DNA from: the human T2T-CHM13v2.0 reference genome, Homo sapiens | NCBI RefSeq assembly: GCF_009914755.1 | Contig: NC_060938.1 | DNA length: 64,000 bases | Direction: 5' to 3' (one strand) | Part shown: positions 28,015 to 55,651 of the stretch, piece by piece | How positions within the stretch are numbered: the first letter of the stretch is position 1 | Layout of the letters: each line of letters opens with the position of its first letter | The notes under the pieces: model-generated | Told to the model about the DNA's origin: nothing | Seen by the model: only the letters and a program-made list of their open reading frames with translations | Database searches by the model: none | Position numbers and translations under genes: made by a program

Positions 28015-29529
28015 TAAAAGCCAAGTCTGACCCTGTTTCTCTGCTGCCTAGAAGCTTCCTGTGGACATGGACATAGCCACAAAGTCCAGATGGGCAGAAA
28101 GAGGCATTTCTGGCAGAGGGCAAAGCAGGGGCCAAGGTCTGGAGTGTGACACAAAGGCTGCAGAGGCCACCTGACTGGCCAGGTCCCATGGGGCCTGGAA
28201 TGCCCGGCAAGGATCCTGGATTTTCCCCTGAGGCCCAAGTGGAGGGGTTGGGAAGTGGTTTCACTAGTGAATTATTTTAGACACACATACAAAGAGCATC
28301 ATGATGCCTGGGAGCCCGGGACCCAGTTGAAGGAGCAACACACGGCAGATCGGAAGCCCTGCGTGCCTGTCCCCTCCCTCCCCAGCCAGCCTCAGTGTGA
28401 GTCCGCGTGCGTCTTTCCCACTGTAAGTGCAAGTGGCAGCAGACATAGTAACACTCCCTGCCATGGGGCTCCACAGCACTGCCTCACCTCAGCCTCTTGC
28501 CTTTTTCTCCTGAGGTCACTTTTAGATCCAGCCCCAGGGGAACCCCCTGCTTTGGGTTGCAGCCGCCATCTCTGCTGCAGTGTCTTCTGATGAAAGCTGT
28601 CCCCTGTGGGCATGAGTGTGGACATGCTGCACCTCCTAAGGCAGCAGTGCCAAGGCTGATGGTGCCCTCCACGGTGGTTTCATGGCATCGCTGCTGCACT
28701 AGAGGCTGCCCAGGGACGTGTGAACAGCTGTGAAGGGGCAGGTTCCTCAGGGAGGGAGGATGGGCTGCGGGGAGGGTGGCTGGGGCAGGGGAATGGGCAG
28801 AGCATGACTTCCAAACACCTAGGAAGCCCCAGGTGGAGGGCGGAGGGGGGTCTTGCCATCTTGGGATAGGAGTTGACCTTTGACCCCATCATGCTCCTGC
28901 TGGGACCTGACCCAGGCACACTCCTCTTCCTCTGGGAGGGCTTGTCCCACCAGGGCAGGGGTCTGTGTGTGCCCAGGCAGGGAGCCACAGGCAGTAGGGG
29001 GAGGCTGGGGTTGCAAGCACAGAGGCCCCGGAAAGTGTGTGAGGACGCTGGGGAGTGGGAAGGGCCCTCGGAGGGGTGGTATGGCCGGCTTAGGTTTTCT
29101 CGACAACTCTAGTTGAGTATGCACTGCAGGGAGACGGAGAGGCCGCAGCCACTGAAGCCAACTGTGCTGGAGCAGGCGGAGGGCACCAGGGGTCCCTGGA
29201 GAGAAGTGCCGCCTCCTGCCAGGCCCCTGACCTATAGGTGAGGGTGTGAGCAGAAGAGGAGAATCTAGGAGGCCTCCCGGGTATTAGGGGAAAGCTGAGC
29301 ACCTGGAAGATGGCAGAGCCAAGAGGTGTCCATGGCCCTGGAGATGGGGTCATGAGTATAAAGAGGGCGCTTGGAGTGTGAGGCACCAGGGATGGGAGGT
29401 GAGAGGCCCGAGGCCCCAGCCGGGGCTTCCAGGAAAGGAGGTGGGAGAGGGTCTTGGGGCCAAGAAGGCACAGGGCTTCCCGAAGCCAAGGTGTCCCAAA
29501 AATAAGGGAGCGGTCGGCTGGGACAGATT

Positions 29530-29800
29530 CAGATGTGGTGGCTCACACCTGTAATCCCAGAACTTTGGGAGTCCGAGGCGGACAGATCACCTGAGGTCAG
29601 GAGTTCAAGACCAGCCTGACCAACATGGTGAAACCCTGTCGCTACTAAAAACACAAAATTAGGCCTGGTGGTGCATGCCTGTAATCCCAGCTACTCGGTA
29701 GGCTGAGGCAGGAGAATCGCTTGAACCCAGGAGGCGGGAGGTTGCGGTAAACTGAGATCGCGCCATTGCATTCCAGCCCGGGCAACAAGAGCAAAACTCG
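29530..29800 (+). mobile_element. AluS lacking an A-tail
   Basis: Alu consensus. Confidence 0.9.
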
Positions 29801-31355
29801 GTCCATAGGTCACAGTGCCCTTTACAGAATGTCATGGGGTTAGGGGAGAAACCTGTTTGGAGAGAGTTCAGGAGCAAGCGGGGAGCGGGATAGAGCTGTG
29901 AGGACAGGAGAGGAAGGGGCAGGCTTAAAGAATGAAACGGTGGAGATAACACACGTGCACATGCATGTATGTGCACTCAGACACGTGGGTAGGCCCACAC
30001 ATGCATCTGTGCATCATGGGCGGCACGCTGTGTGTGCATGCGTGTGCGTGGGCAGCATGCTGCAGCCTGCATTTGTGTGTCCTGTGTGTCCATTATGTGT
30101 GCAGTGCGCTGATGGGCAAAAACGCTGACGATGCAGGCCAGCTGATAACCTGGAGGAGGCCGGCTGGAGTGGGGCCTGCCACACGTGAGGGGTACCCTGG
30201 GCTGGCGACATGGGCAGTTCTTCTTGGGGGGGGGCAGCATGTTGGGCACAGACACAGAGGAGGGCACAGGTAAAGGTGCTCGGAGACATCTGCTCTGGTG
30301 GCTTCTATTTTCAAGGCCATCTGCTGAGAATAGGAAGGGGTGGATGGTGGGGAGGGGGCTGGAGGAGAGGGCTTCATTTGCTGACTACACTGAGATCCTC
30401 TCTGACCTGAGCCCCTGCCACCCAGCCAGGCCTGCGGAGCCTGCCATCTGCGCAACTGGGATGGGACAGGTGGCCGCGGCCAGGAAGGCACCACAGGTGC
30501 AGGCAGGAGGGCAGGCAGCTTCCTCAGGGAGGGGCTGGCACCAGACATGCTGGATCCCGCCTAATCAGCCACCCACCAGTGGTGGGACTGGGCTGAGCAC
30601 CAGTCACTTATCTGTGACATGGGTCAGGTGGATTTTGGGTGTCAGAGGGAAGGTGTTTCATGTGGCAAGACTGGCAAGGCCAGCATGCGGAGTGGCTAGG
30701 ACCGGGTGAGAGCCTGGGGGTGTCCCAACACTTGCCCCACCTCATGCAGGTTCTGTCCTTCCACTGCCTGGCCAGACCAGACCAAAGCTCACCTGGCCTT
30801 TAAGACTGGCACCTGCACCAGGAGCCACTACTACTCCCTCCTACGGTGGCAGGCTGGGCTCTGCCCCACCGCGTCTGCAGCCCCATCAGCTGGTCTCTCA
30901 AGGCTCAGCTTTGGGATGCCAGTACAGACCAAAGACAGGACAAAACCAGTGGAGACAAGGGACATCCTGGGAGCCGAAGGGTCCAGCATGTATAGCCAAG
31001 GAGTGGCGTCTCAAGTGTGCAGGGAGCCCCCAACATAGCTGGAAGATCGGCCCGGGGGAAGATGGGCGAGGGCACCATAGGTTATCCACATGCTGGCCAA
31101 CAGACACGTGGAGATAGACATTCAGCTTTGCCAGGAATCAGCACGTGTACAGGCTCCTGGCGAAAACTGAGTAGACTGGGAAAGCCCGTGCTGGCCGGGT
31201 TAGGACTCAGGCACTTGCCCCACCAGCAGGGAAAACTCACATGCTTGGGGGCCCGGCAGATCCTTCTGTAGGCATCTTATCACAGGTGAATACCTGCCTG
31301 TGTACTAAGTTACATATACAATACAATGCTCACTGCTGTGGATTTTGTTCTCTTG

Positions 31356-32307
<952 letters not shown>

Positions 32308-32559
32308 TTATATTTCATGTCTATTTCATTATTAAAGCTTTGAAGAGAATACAAGTGCATACCAAGTACTAGGGAGATAGAGTCACTGCTGCATCTTTAA
32401 TAAGGAAAACCTGGAAACTACCTAGGTGACCATCAGAAGGGGTATGGCTGACATGGTCATGGCGAAGCCTGCTGTGACTTTGCTGCAGCTTGAAGAGCAG
32501 TGAGTCAGAAGGGGCAACGGAGACCGGAGGGCCTGGCCCGGCCCAGGTCGCACAGTGCA

Positions 32560-33560
32560 GGGCAGTCCCAAGGGTGACAGCGGCCAGTGCGCGGGCGCGC
32601 CCTCTACCCACATGCCCCGACCCGCCGGGTCCCTGCGTCCGCAAGATCACTTTCCGGGCCCGAGGCGGGGAAGGGGCCGGGACATGGGTTGGGGACTGAG
32701 CGCCGCTGAACTGCGCCATGGTCGGAGAGAGTTTGCAGGGGCGGAGGTGTTCCCTGGTCGGACCCTGCCGACCGCCCTCGGGGAGAGGCGAGGCCCTGGC
32801 CCGTGACGGCTGGGTCCGGGCCTCAGTATCCCCATCCGCTCAGGGGAAAGCGGGCGGCAGCCCGGAGCCCGACCCCAGCGCCCAGCGCGGCCCGACACCG
32901 CCCCCTGGCGGCCGCGGACGTCACTGCGACCCGCAGCCTCCGCCGAAGCCGGGCGAGGGACCCCCGACCCGGGCGCACCAGGCTGCGGGTGCGGGGGCGG
33001 GGACGCCCAGCGCCCTGGCCCCGGGGGCGGGGTTCGCGGGCTGAGTGCCCACTCCGCTCTCCCCTCGCCCCGCGGCCTCGGCGGGCCCCCCGCCCACCAG
33101 GGTCTCCACCTCCCCCCGGGTGAAATGGCCACAGTCCCGCCATCCGCGCCGCCGCCACTGCGCCTGCCCCCGGCTGGGCCGATCGGAGGTCCCGGCGGGG
33201 CGGGCGAGGCAGGTGGTCCGGCGGGCCCCTTCCGGGTTCCCCTCCCCCAGCCGGAGTCCGCGGACCGCGCTGGGCGCAGGGAGGGGGCTGTGCGCGCCTC
33301 CGCTTCCCGGCCTTCCCAGCGGGGACGAGCGCCGACCCCCGCCCAGTCGGGAGACGCCCTCAAGGTCCCAGGCTCTGCTTCTGCCCGCCCGCGGCCCGCG
33401 GACTGCGGGTGACAGGGTCCCCGGTCCGAGCCCCATCTCCCTAGGAGAGCGGACCCCAGCGCTCCTGTACCCTCCACCTGGTGGCCGTCCACGCAGCCCG
33501 GCCTGCTCGCGCGTCCCAACTGCCACTTCCCTTGCCTTCCCCAGCCGCACGTCTACCAGG
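32560..33560. promoter_or_regulatory. Orphan CpG island with CTCF-like motifs
   Basis: CpG dense with no recognisable coding exon. GGCCGCCAGGGGGCGG on - at 32898-32913 and GGCCACCAGGTGGAGG on - at 33471-33486. Confidence 0.8.
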
Positions 33561-34107
33561 CTCCTGTGTGTCTGCCTGGCTGGGACTTCCGCATACTCCA
33601 GGCCCACTTTACAGGTGCAGATGCTGAGGCCAGAGCGCCTCAGGAGCTGGATGCAGGGGAGAGCGTGCGGGCAGTGTGGGGAGAGACTCGGCCTAGCCTT
33701 CCATTGCAGCTCCTATCCCTGCTGCGCCACCCCCTCGGCCTGTCATCTGTCCCCATCCAGGAACCCCCAGGACACTGTCAGCAGAGCCCACTGAGGGTCC
33801 AGTGCTGTCCAGGTGGCGGCATCAGGATTCCCAGGAGCCAGCCCTCACTATGCCACCCTATGTCCGTATGTCCAGCAGGGATCTGAGGGCCTGGAGGGGT
33901 GCGGAGGCCCTGCCAGGAGATGCTTTCCTCAGTGCCCATTGTGAAGGGAGCAGAGGGCTGAACTGGAAGGGGCTTCCTGGCCCCAGGAGGGCAGTGATTA
34001 GGTAAACTGCCCACCCTTCAAAAGTGATGGACAGGAAGGGGAAAGGTGGAGGGTGGAGGAGCTGCAGGTTATGCCGGTGACCCCTGAGAGACAAGGAGAT
34101 CTCCACA

Positions 34108-34592
34108 GTGTATCAGTTCTCTTCTGCTGTGCAACAAACAACCCTGCCAGGGTGGCTTTAAACAGCAATGATGTAGGATTGTTTGCGGTTCTCTGGATTG
34201 ACTGGATGGCTCTTTTGCTTCCTGTGGCGCCCGCTGGGATCACTCTACAGCTGTAGGGATCTGGAGGCCCAACTGGAGTGAAATGTCCAAGTGGTTCATC
34301 CACATGGCTACAGTTGGTGCTGGTTGCCAGTGGGAGCTCGGCTGCCTCCAGCATGGGCTGCCACCCTGCTTCGGTGCTCCTTTGCTTGGCTTCTCCACGT
34401 GGCTAACTTGGTCTTCCTCACAGCATGGCAGGACAAGCCCCAGTGTGCAAGAGCTCATTAAACCTCTGCTTCCATCATGCTTTCTAATACCTCATTCTCC
34501 AAGACAAGCCCAGAGTTCACGTGGAATGAGACTCACAAAGGCATGAATCTCAGGAAGCCTGGTTTATTATTATGGGCATCACAGCTTAGCAC
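34108..34592. mobile_element. MaLR (MLT1-type) LTR
   Basis: tgtatcagtt...tgctgtgcaacaaac...ggcttctccacgtggc...ggtcttcctcacagcatggc motifs typical of MLT1. Confidence 0.65.
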
Positions 34593-34812
34593 AATGATGG
34601 GGAAGCAGTGGGGACAGATCGTAGACAGCAGACCTTCCAGGGCCAGAACAAGCAGGGAAGGCTCCTGGAGGAGGATGGGACTGGCTAAGGAGGGGCTGGG
34701 AACTCTCTTCCTTCTCCCTGAAGCTCCAAATCCTCAGGGCCTGGGGAGGTTGGAGGAGCACCAACCACTAAATCAAGATACAAACGCTCAAGGCTCAAAC
34801 TCCTGAACTCAA

Positions 34813-35395
<583 letters not shown>

Positions 35396-35517
35396 CCCAA
35401 CATACCGACTGTTGACAAGAACATGGAGCAACTGGAACTCTCATACAATCCCCCAGTGGGAATGCAAAATGATGCAACAACTTGGAAAAGCTTGGCCATT
35501 TCCTAAACTCATCATAG

Positions 35518-35737
<220 letters not shown>

Positions 35738-35914
35738 TGATTTTTTTATTTTTATTTTTGTGGAAACAGGGTCTCACTATGTTGCCCAGGCTGAGTCGAA
35801 CTGGGTTCAAGCAATCCTCCCGCCTCAGCCTCCCAAAATGCTGGGATTACAAGCGTGAGCCACCATGCCTGGCCTGAAAACATCTCTAACACAAAGATCT
35901 GTATGTGAACGTTC

Positions 35915-38255
<2,341 letters not shown>

Positions 38256-38511
38256 TGCATTTTATTTCTTTAGTCAACATCCATAGCAGCATTATTCATA
38301 ATACCCTCAAAATGGAAAGGCATATCCATTAACTGGTGAATAGATGTATAAAGTGTGGGATTTCCATACAATGGAAATTATTCAGCAATAATTATTCTCG
38401 CCATCTGCCCAGGCTTGTCTCAAGTGACCCACCTGCCTCAGCCTCCCAAAGTGCTGGGATTACAGGTGTGAGCCACCACTCATGGCCTACATCAATAAAA
38501 CTCTTAGAGAA

Positions 38512-39510
<999 letters not shown>

Positions 39511-40566
39511 TCAGCTGAGACCCGGTCAATGCTGGAGGCAGCCCTGAACCTTCCCGGTTTCAGCCCCCAAACCCTTGGGGCCTGTGTGTGGTCCCAGGGC
39601 CCCGGATACGCGAGCCTGGATGTGTGGCGCCGAGTTGTTTACAGAAAACTCTCCGTGAGGGAACGAGGCCTATTTTCAATGATAAATGCCCCAAATCACA
39701 AGTAGTTCAACCCCCAAGTCTGAATTCTCCCAAACTGGAGAAATCGGCTTATTTCCAATAACAAGCTCCAGGCTCAGGGGAGGCCAGCCCAGCCGCGCAG
39801 GTGAAGCTGCAATTAGTGCAGGGCAATTAGGGACGCTCCCCGTTCGGGTGGGGCCTGGCCCACGGCGGCGCTTCGGGAGGGAAAGGCAGAGAGGGTGTGC
39901 GCCAGCCCCAGCCGCCCACGAACCGCTGGGAGCAGACCCCTCTCTCTGGCCTGGAGGGGACACGGTGCCACTGACTTGAGCCTGGAACCAAAGGGCGGGG
40001 TACCCATGCACCCCTGTGCTGAGAGATTCGCTGAGAGCCGCGCAGAGGGCCCCAGAGTCCAAACAGGACACCCAGGATTGAGGCGAGGTTAGGAAACGCA
40101 CAGTACCTGAGGTCCTCACTTTCAGGGCTCCCTGAGTGATGAAAGGGGGGCTGGGAGAAGGCAGAGGCTGCCCGGGAGAGAAGAGCAGCTTTGGGGGGTT
40201 CTGGGTCCCCGCACCCCACCCCGCACTAACCAACTCCCCCAGCCCCAGATAGAAGGGGAGCTGGGCAGGTTCTGGGGGGTCAGCCCCAGGCAGGACCGCT
40301 CCCCAACACCCTTCCCTTGGTTACCCTCAGGTATGGAGTCCAGAGTGGAGTCAGCCATGCTCAGACCTTGACCCCCTTTTTTTAAATTTAATTTTTAGTA
40401 GAGATAGGGGGTCTCACTATGTTGCCCAGGCTAGCCTCAAACTCCCAATCTCAAGCGATCCTCCCCCCTTGGCTTCCAAAGTGCTGAGATTACGGATCTG
40501 AGCCTCCACGCCTGCCCTGAGCCTCGCCCTGCGGCTGCCTGGGCTCCTCCCCGCCTCCGCCCCGGA

Positions 40567-40582
40567 CCACCAGGGGGCGCTG
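40567..40582 (+). promoter_or_regulatory. Consensus CTCF motif
   Basis: CCACCAGGGGGCGCTG. Confidence 0.75.
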
Positions 40583-41159
40583 TGAAGCCTGAGACTGGCC
40601 GGGCTTCACCTTGGACCCGCCAGGAGTCCCTGCAGGAGTTGGGAGCCCCGCCAGCCACAGCTACTTCCCCGACCCTCCCGGCTTCCCACCGCTGATTGGA
40701 CCAGGCATGGGCATCTGACTGAGGGGAGCCTATCCATAGGCTGGCCAGTGATCTATCAGGGCTGGCCTAGTGAGAACACGGCCAATCAGATGCTTTCCTG
40801 GAACCCGGGGCCAAAGCTGCCCCAGGGGAGTGTGGTAGCCGCAGGCAGAAGGGCTAGCCCGGAGACAGGAGGGGGAGGTCCGAGGAGGGGATCCCGGCGA
40901 GGGAGACGCGGGGCGAGTGGCCTGGGCTCCTCCTTGGCTTGACCCAGCTTAGACTTTCTCAAACCGAAGTCATTCTCGCTGGCTCCTGGCGACTCTCATC
41001 CTGTCCGCTGTCACCCTTTCGTGATTGACCTGAAATCACTTCGTCACTGCAGCCGCACCCTAAGCATTCATCTCATATCTGTGATGTTTGCTGTGCTCCT
41101 TATGTTTGCTCTAATATGGGTTAAACCAAATTCAACACCATCAAAATAATGTTCTTCCA

Positions 41160-41940
41160 TTTGCACACCCACTTTCACAGTAGCAGCGTTCCCAACAGCC
41201 AAAAGGTGGGAGCAGCCCACGGGTCCACGGACGGGTGAAGGGGTGAGCAAACAGTCTATACGGACAGTGGAGAGCTCTTTAACCGCAGAAAGAAGGAAAT
41301 TCTGCATATGCTGCAACATGGATGAAAGGTGAACCCTGACATTATGCGGAGTGCAATAAGCTAGTCACAAAAAGACAAATACTGTAGGATTCCACTTACA
41401 TTCTGTGTCCAGAGTAGTCAAATTCAGAGAGACAGGAAGTAGAATAGTGGTTGCCAGGGGCTGGGAGGAGCCGTGAATGGGGAGGTATTGTTTAATGGGT
41501 ATGGAGTTTCGGCTTAGATTGAACTGTACGCTTTTTTTTTCCTTCCTTCCTTCCTTCCTTCCTTCCTTCCTTCCTTCCTTCCTTCCTTCCTTCCTCCCTC
41601 CCTGCCTCCTTTCTTCTTTCCTTCCTTCTTTCTTTTCCTTCCTTCCTTCCTCTTTTTCTCTTTCCCTCTTTCCCTCCTTTTTCTCTTTCTCTTTCCTTCC
41701 TTTCTTTCTTTTTCTTTCTTTCTTCCTTTCTTTCTCTTTCTTTTTCTTTCTCTTTCATTCGTTTGTTCCCTCCCTTTCCTTCCTTCCTTTCTTTCTCTTT
41801 CTTTATTTTTCTTTTCTTTCTTTCCATTCCTCCCTTCCTCCTTCTTTCCCCTGACCATGGCAAAGACGTGAACTGTACACTTAAGCATGGTTTAAACGGT
41901 AAGTGTTATGTGATGTGCGTTTTACCACCATGTTTGAAAA
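41160..41940 (+). mobile_element. L1MB-type 3' end interrupted by a pyrimidine microsatellite
   Basis: gctgcaacatggatgaa...agtcacaaaagacaaatactgta.gattccactta...gtagaatagtggttgccagggg...aactgtacacttaa. Confidence 0.85.
41532..41850. repeat. (TTCC)14 plus mixed TC/TTTC low-complexity tract
   Basis: Directly visible; perfect TTCC run at 41539-41594. Confidence 0.95.
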
Positions 41941-42177
41941 AGGTTCTTCTGTGCACCCCAGAACCCATCCTGCGTGGGGATCCACAGAGCGCCCAGCCCA
42001 GCCTCTGCATGGCATGACCAAGAGCATTTGCTCACCGGGGGGCTCACCGTGGCCTGAGCTAGGGCAAAAGTACCAAGCCAGGATGGCCCTACCCAGCCAG
42101 AGCCGGAGACTGAGGGGTCAAACTGGGGTACTTTCCTCGTCTGCAAGGAGAACTCATAGCAGTCCTCTTTAAGGTTC

Positions 42178-46809
<4,632 letters not shown>

Positions 46810-46821
46810 TGAGTGCAGTGG

Positions 46822-47297
46822 TGAGACGGGAGAATAAGTCCTAGAGGAAGGGAACCTGAGGACTTCCCAGAACTGAATCAGATGGAGAGGAGAGAGGAGG
46901 CATTTCAGCTACGACAGGAAATATCCTCTTCATTTGCATAGGGCGTTCACCAAGTAAGTGACTTTGTAACTTCATCCTCTTCATTTACATAGGGTGTACA
47001 CCCAGTAAATAGCTTTGTAACTTCACTTCAGTAACTCACTTTAAGCCTCTTCATTTACATAGGGTGCACACCAAATAACCAATGGAAACCTCTAGAGAGT
47101 ATTTAAACTCCAGAAAATTCTGTGACGGGCTCTTGAGCCAACGTGCTCCGGCCGCTCCCACTCTGTGCAGTCGACTGTACTTTTGTTTTCAATAAAACTC
47201 TGCTTTTGTTTCTTCATTCTTTCCTTGATTTGTTTATACGTTTTGTCCAATTCTTTGTTCAAGACACCAAGATCCTGGAAACCCTCCAACGCTAACA
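46822..47297 (+). mobile_element. Intact ERV1 solo LTR (LTR15-like) inserted into an antisense AluJ
   Basis: TG...CA termini. 4-bp TSD GTGG at 46818-46821 and 47298-47301. CCAAT at 47079, TATTTAAA at 47100, AATAAA at 47191. The Alu sequence resumes seamlessly on both sides. Confidence 0.85.
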
Positions 47298-47301
47298 GTG
47301 G

Positions 47302-49942
<2,641 letters not shown>

Positions 49943-49959
49943 TTGCTCTGGTTCACACA

Positions 49960-53167
<3,208 letters not shown>

Positions 53168-53305
53168 GACCCTCCATTTCTAATAAGCTCCTGGGAGAGT
53201 CCTCCCTGGTGCTCTGAGGGTGACTGACCGGCAAGGCACTTCTGGGGCCCCTAAGCCCTCCAACCTCAGCTGCTGTGGAGAGCTGACCCCCAGGGGAGTA
53301 CGTCA

Positions 53306-54514
53306 GGGTGCTGGGTGGGGCACCAGTTTCAAGGATGCCCAACACAGCCCTCCCCTTGGGGCTGCAAGGCCCTGGGACCAGCGGCCCAGCCCTGTCCCCA
53401 GGCAGGTCCTCAGACCTAGGACCACAGGGGGGTCTGGGGCCCAGGCCAAGGGCAAACCTGCTGGGATCTGAGCCCCTCTTGGTGGCTTCCTGGTGTGTGC
53501 ACATCCTTCCCCAGGCAGGAGAGGAAGCAGGGCCAGCTCCTTCTCCTCCCAGGGCAAGACCTGAAGTCTCTGTTTGTGTGTCTGTCAGACTTGCTGTGAG
53601 GGCCACAGTGTCTCCACTGAGGCCTTATCCAGCCTCCAGGAGGTCCCATTTTTCAGGGAAAGGGCCTGCTGCTGAAGGCTGTCACTCATCTGACTTCAAA
53701 TCCCAGCTCTGCCACTTCCAGGCTGTGTGACTCCAGGCAAGTTGCTTAACCTCTCTGTGCCCACTACTTCTGTAAATGGGGATATCATGGGATTCTCGTG
53801 AGCTGTGAATAGCATCTGTTGATGTGTTTGTTTCTGTGCATTCAGACTTTCCCTCTTTCCTCAGGCACTTGCCGGGCAGCCTTCTGTGCCACATCCCTGA
53901 CCCTGCCCCAGGGCACACCAGCTTCAGTGACAGGGATGGCTGGTGAACAGGAGGCCCAGGCCTGCTGCTCTGGCCGATGTAAATCCAAGGAGCTGTGATG
54001 ACGCGGGAGAGGGGCGGTTTGGGAAAAAATGTGTGAAGGATGCCCCCGTGGGAGCAGGAGCCCCACTGGCAGGGGCAGGCCGGGGGTAACTCAGCCACAG
54101 GGAAGGGGCCCAGCCGGGGCTGGAGGGAGGGCCACCTGCAGAAATGAGCTGTGGGGGGGCGAGAAGGGCAGGCAGCTGGGGCTGAGGAAGACCAGCCCCC
54201 AAGACACCCATGGAGAAACTGAGGCAGAATCTGTACTTGGAGCCAGCCACCGCTCTCCACTGGCCCACACTGCTGTGATCCTTCCCACGCTGCGCGGCTG
54301 GCTGGAACCCAAACCCCCCACAGCGGGCCTGGCCTTCAGAGCTGGTTCCAGATGTTTAAATACCCAGCCTTCACCTCCCGTCACAGACACTTCCACTGGA
54401 AGGTGTTGGTGCCACATCCCCAGTGCTGCCAGGCTAATATGGGGTGGGGGCCTTGCAGCCCCAAGGGGAGGGCTGTGTTGAGCGTTCTGGACACTGGTGC
54501 CCCACCCAGCACCC
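53306..54514. repeat. 67-bp non-Alu inverted repeat pair (53306-53372 and 54448-54514)
   Basis: 62/67 identity by hand alignment. Confidence 0.92.
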
Positions 54515-55568
54515 AGCAGGGGCACTCTGTGCTGTGCTGCCCCTCCCCAGCTGCCTGGGCCACCAGTTCAGGAGAGCTCACCCCTTTGCAACCTTTCCCA
54601 ACTCAATGCCACGCCAGGAAGTCAGGAGGGGGATGACCCTGCCACACTCTGCCCCCCAGCTCCCTTCCCACCATGCCCCGGGACCAAGACAGGAGGGCCA
54701 GCTGGGCCCAGGGCACTTCGCCAGTATCATCGGGTCCTCACCACAGCCCTCAAGGGGGTGTTCCTGTTCCACACACAGAAGACTGAGGCCCAGGGATGGG
54801 ACTGGGTCGTGTGAAACGCCAGGCCATGCCCGGCCCCGCAGAGTCCTGCGTAGCTGCCCGGCCGGCCCAGGGCTCAGATCCCCTCCTCCAGGCCTGGCCC
54901 CAGCTGCTATTGGGGCCCACTGAGGCCTACTGGATCCTAACTGGATGCAATTAGGACATCACCTGATGCCCCTGTCAGGGTGGCTCCTCCCAACCGCTAG
55001 AGGACTCAGGCCAAAGGCATTTGGGGTGCAGCCCCCACCCTGGCCCTGGTGGGCCGGAGTCATGCTCTATGTGCCCCCCAGCTGTCCAAGCAGGGGTGTA
55101 CAGAGACTCTGGGGTGGGGTGAGGGTGAGAGCCTGAGAAGGCTGTTGCGGAGGACACACCGGAAACTGTCACCAGGCCCTGCCCTCAGCCGACCCGGGCC
55201 AGGGCCAGGAGGGCCTCCTGGGGGCCGCCATCTTTCTGTTCTGGGAAGGCCAGGTTGGGGGTGAGCTCCATGGGGCTCCTGTGTCCTCATCCATTGGTGG
55301 GATGCGGCTCCCTCCCGGGGACCTCTCAGGGCACTGATAAGAGCCACCAGGACTAGGTTCAGCCCACAGCAGGTGGGATGCACCCGCCCCTTGGCGGGCC
55401 GGGGGTGGAGACCGGGAGTTTCTGGAGAAGGCCTTTCAGATTCTGAAGGCAGGCACTCCATGCCCCATCCCTGGAGCGCGAGTGACAAGTGTCTTTGTCA
55501 CAGAAGGACAGAAAGGCCCTACGTGGCCCCTGAGCAGCTCTGGGGAACATTCTTGGTCCGGGTTCCTG

Positions 55569-55651
55569 TCTGGGGGTTCTGGAGTCTAGGATTCCAGGAT
55601 CTGGGTTTTGAGGTCTTGGGTTGTAGGGTCTGCGGTTTGAAGCCCCTCTTG
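55569..55651 (+). ncRNA. MIR4309: Annotated microRNA locus MIR4309 (mature CUGGAGUCUAGGAUUCCA at 55579-55596)
   Basis: The 18-nt sequence matches my recollection of mature miR-4309, and the position fits the ANKRD9-distal interval. Status as a bona fide miRNA is doubtful. Confidence 0.75.

Noticed and set aside
32647-33794. ORFs of 228-290 aa in the orphan CpG island, and similar ones at 25.2-26 kb and 60.3-61.3 kb
   Set aside because: Low-complexity G/P/R/A-rich frames open on both strands, as expected from GC content, with no recognisable domain.
41477-41888. Lys/Glu/Arg-rich or Phe/Leu/Ser-rich ORFs
   Set aside because: Translation of microsatellite sequence.
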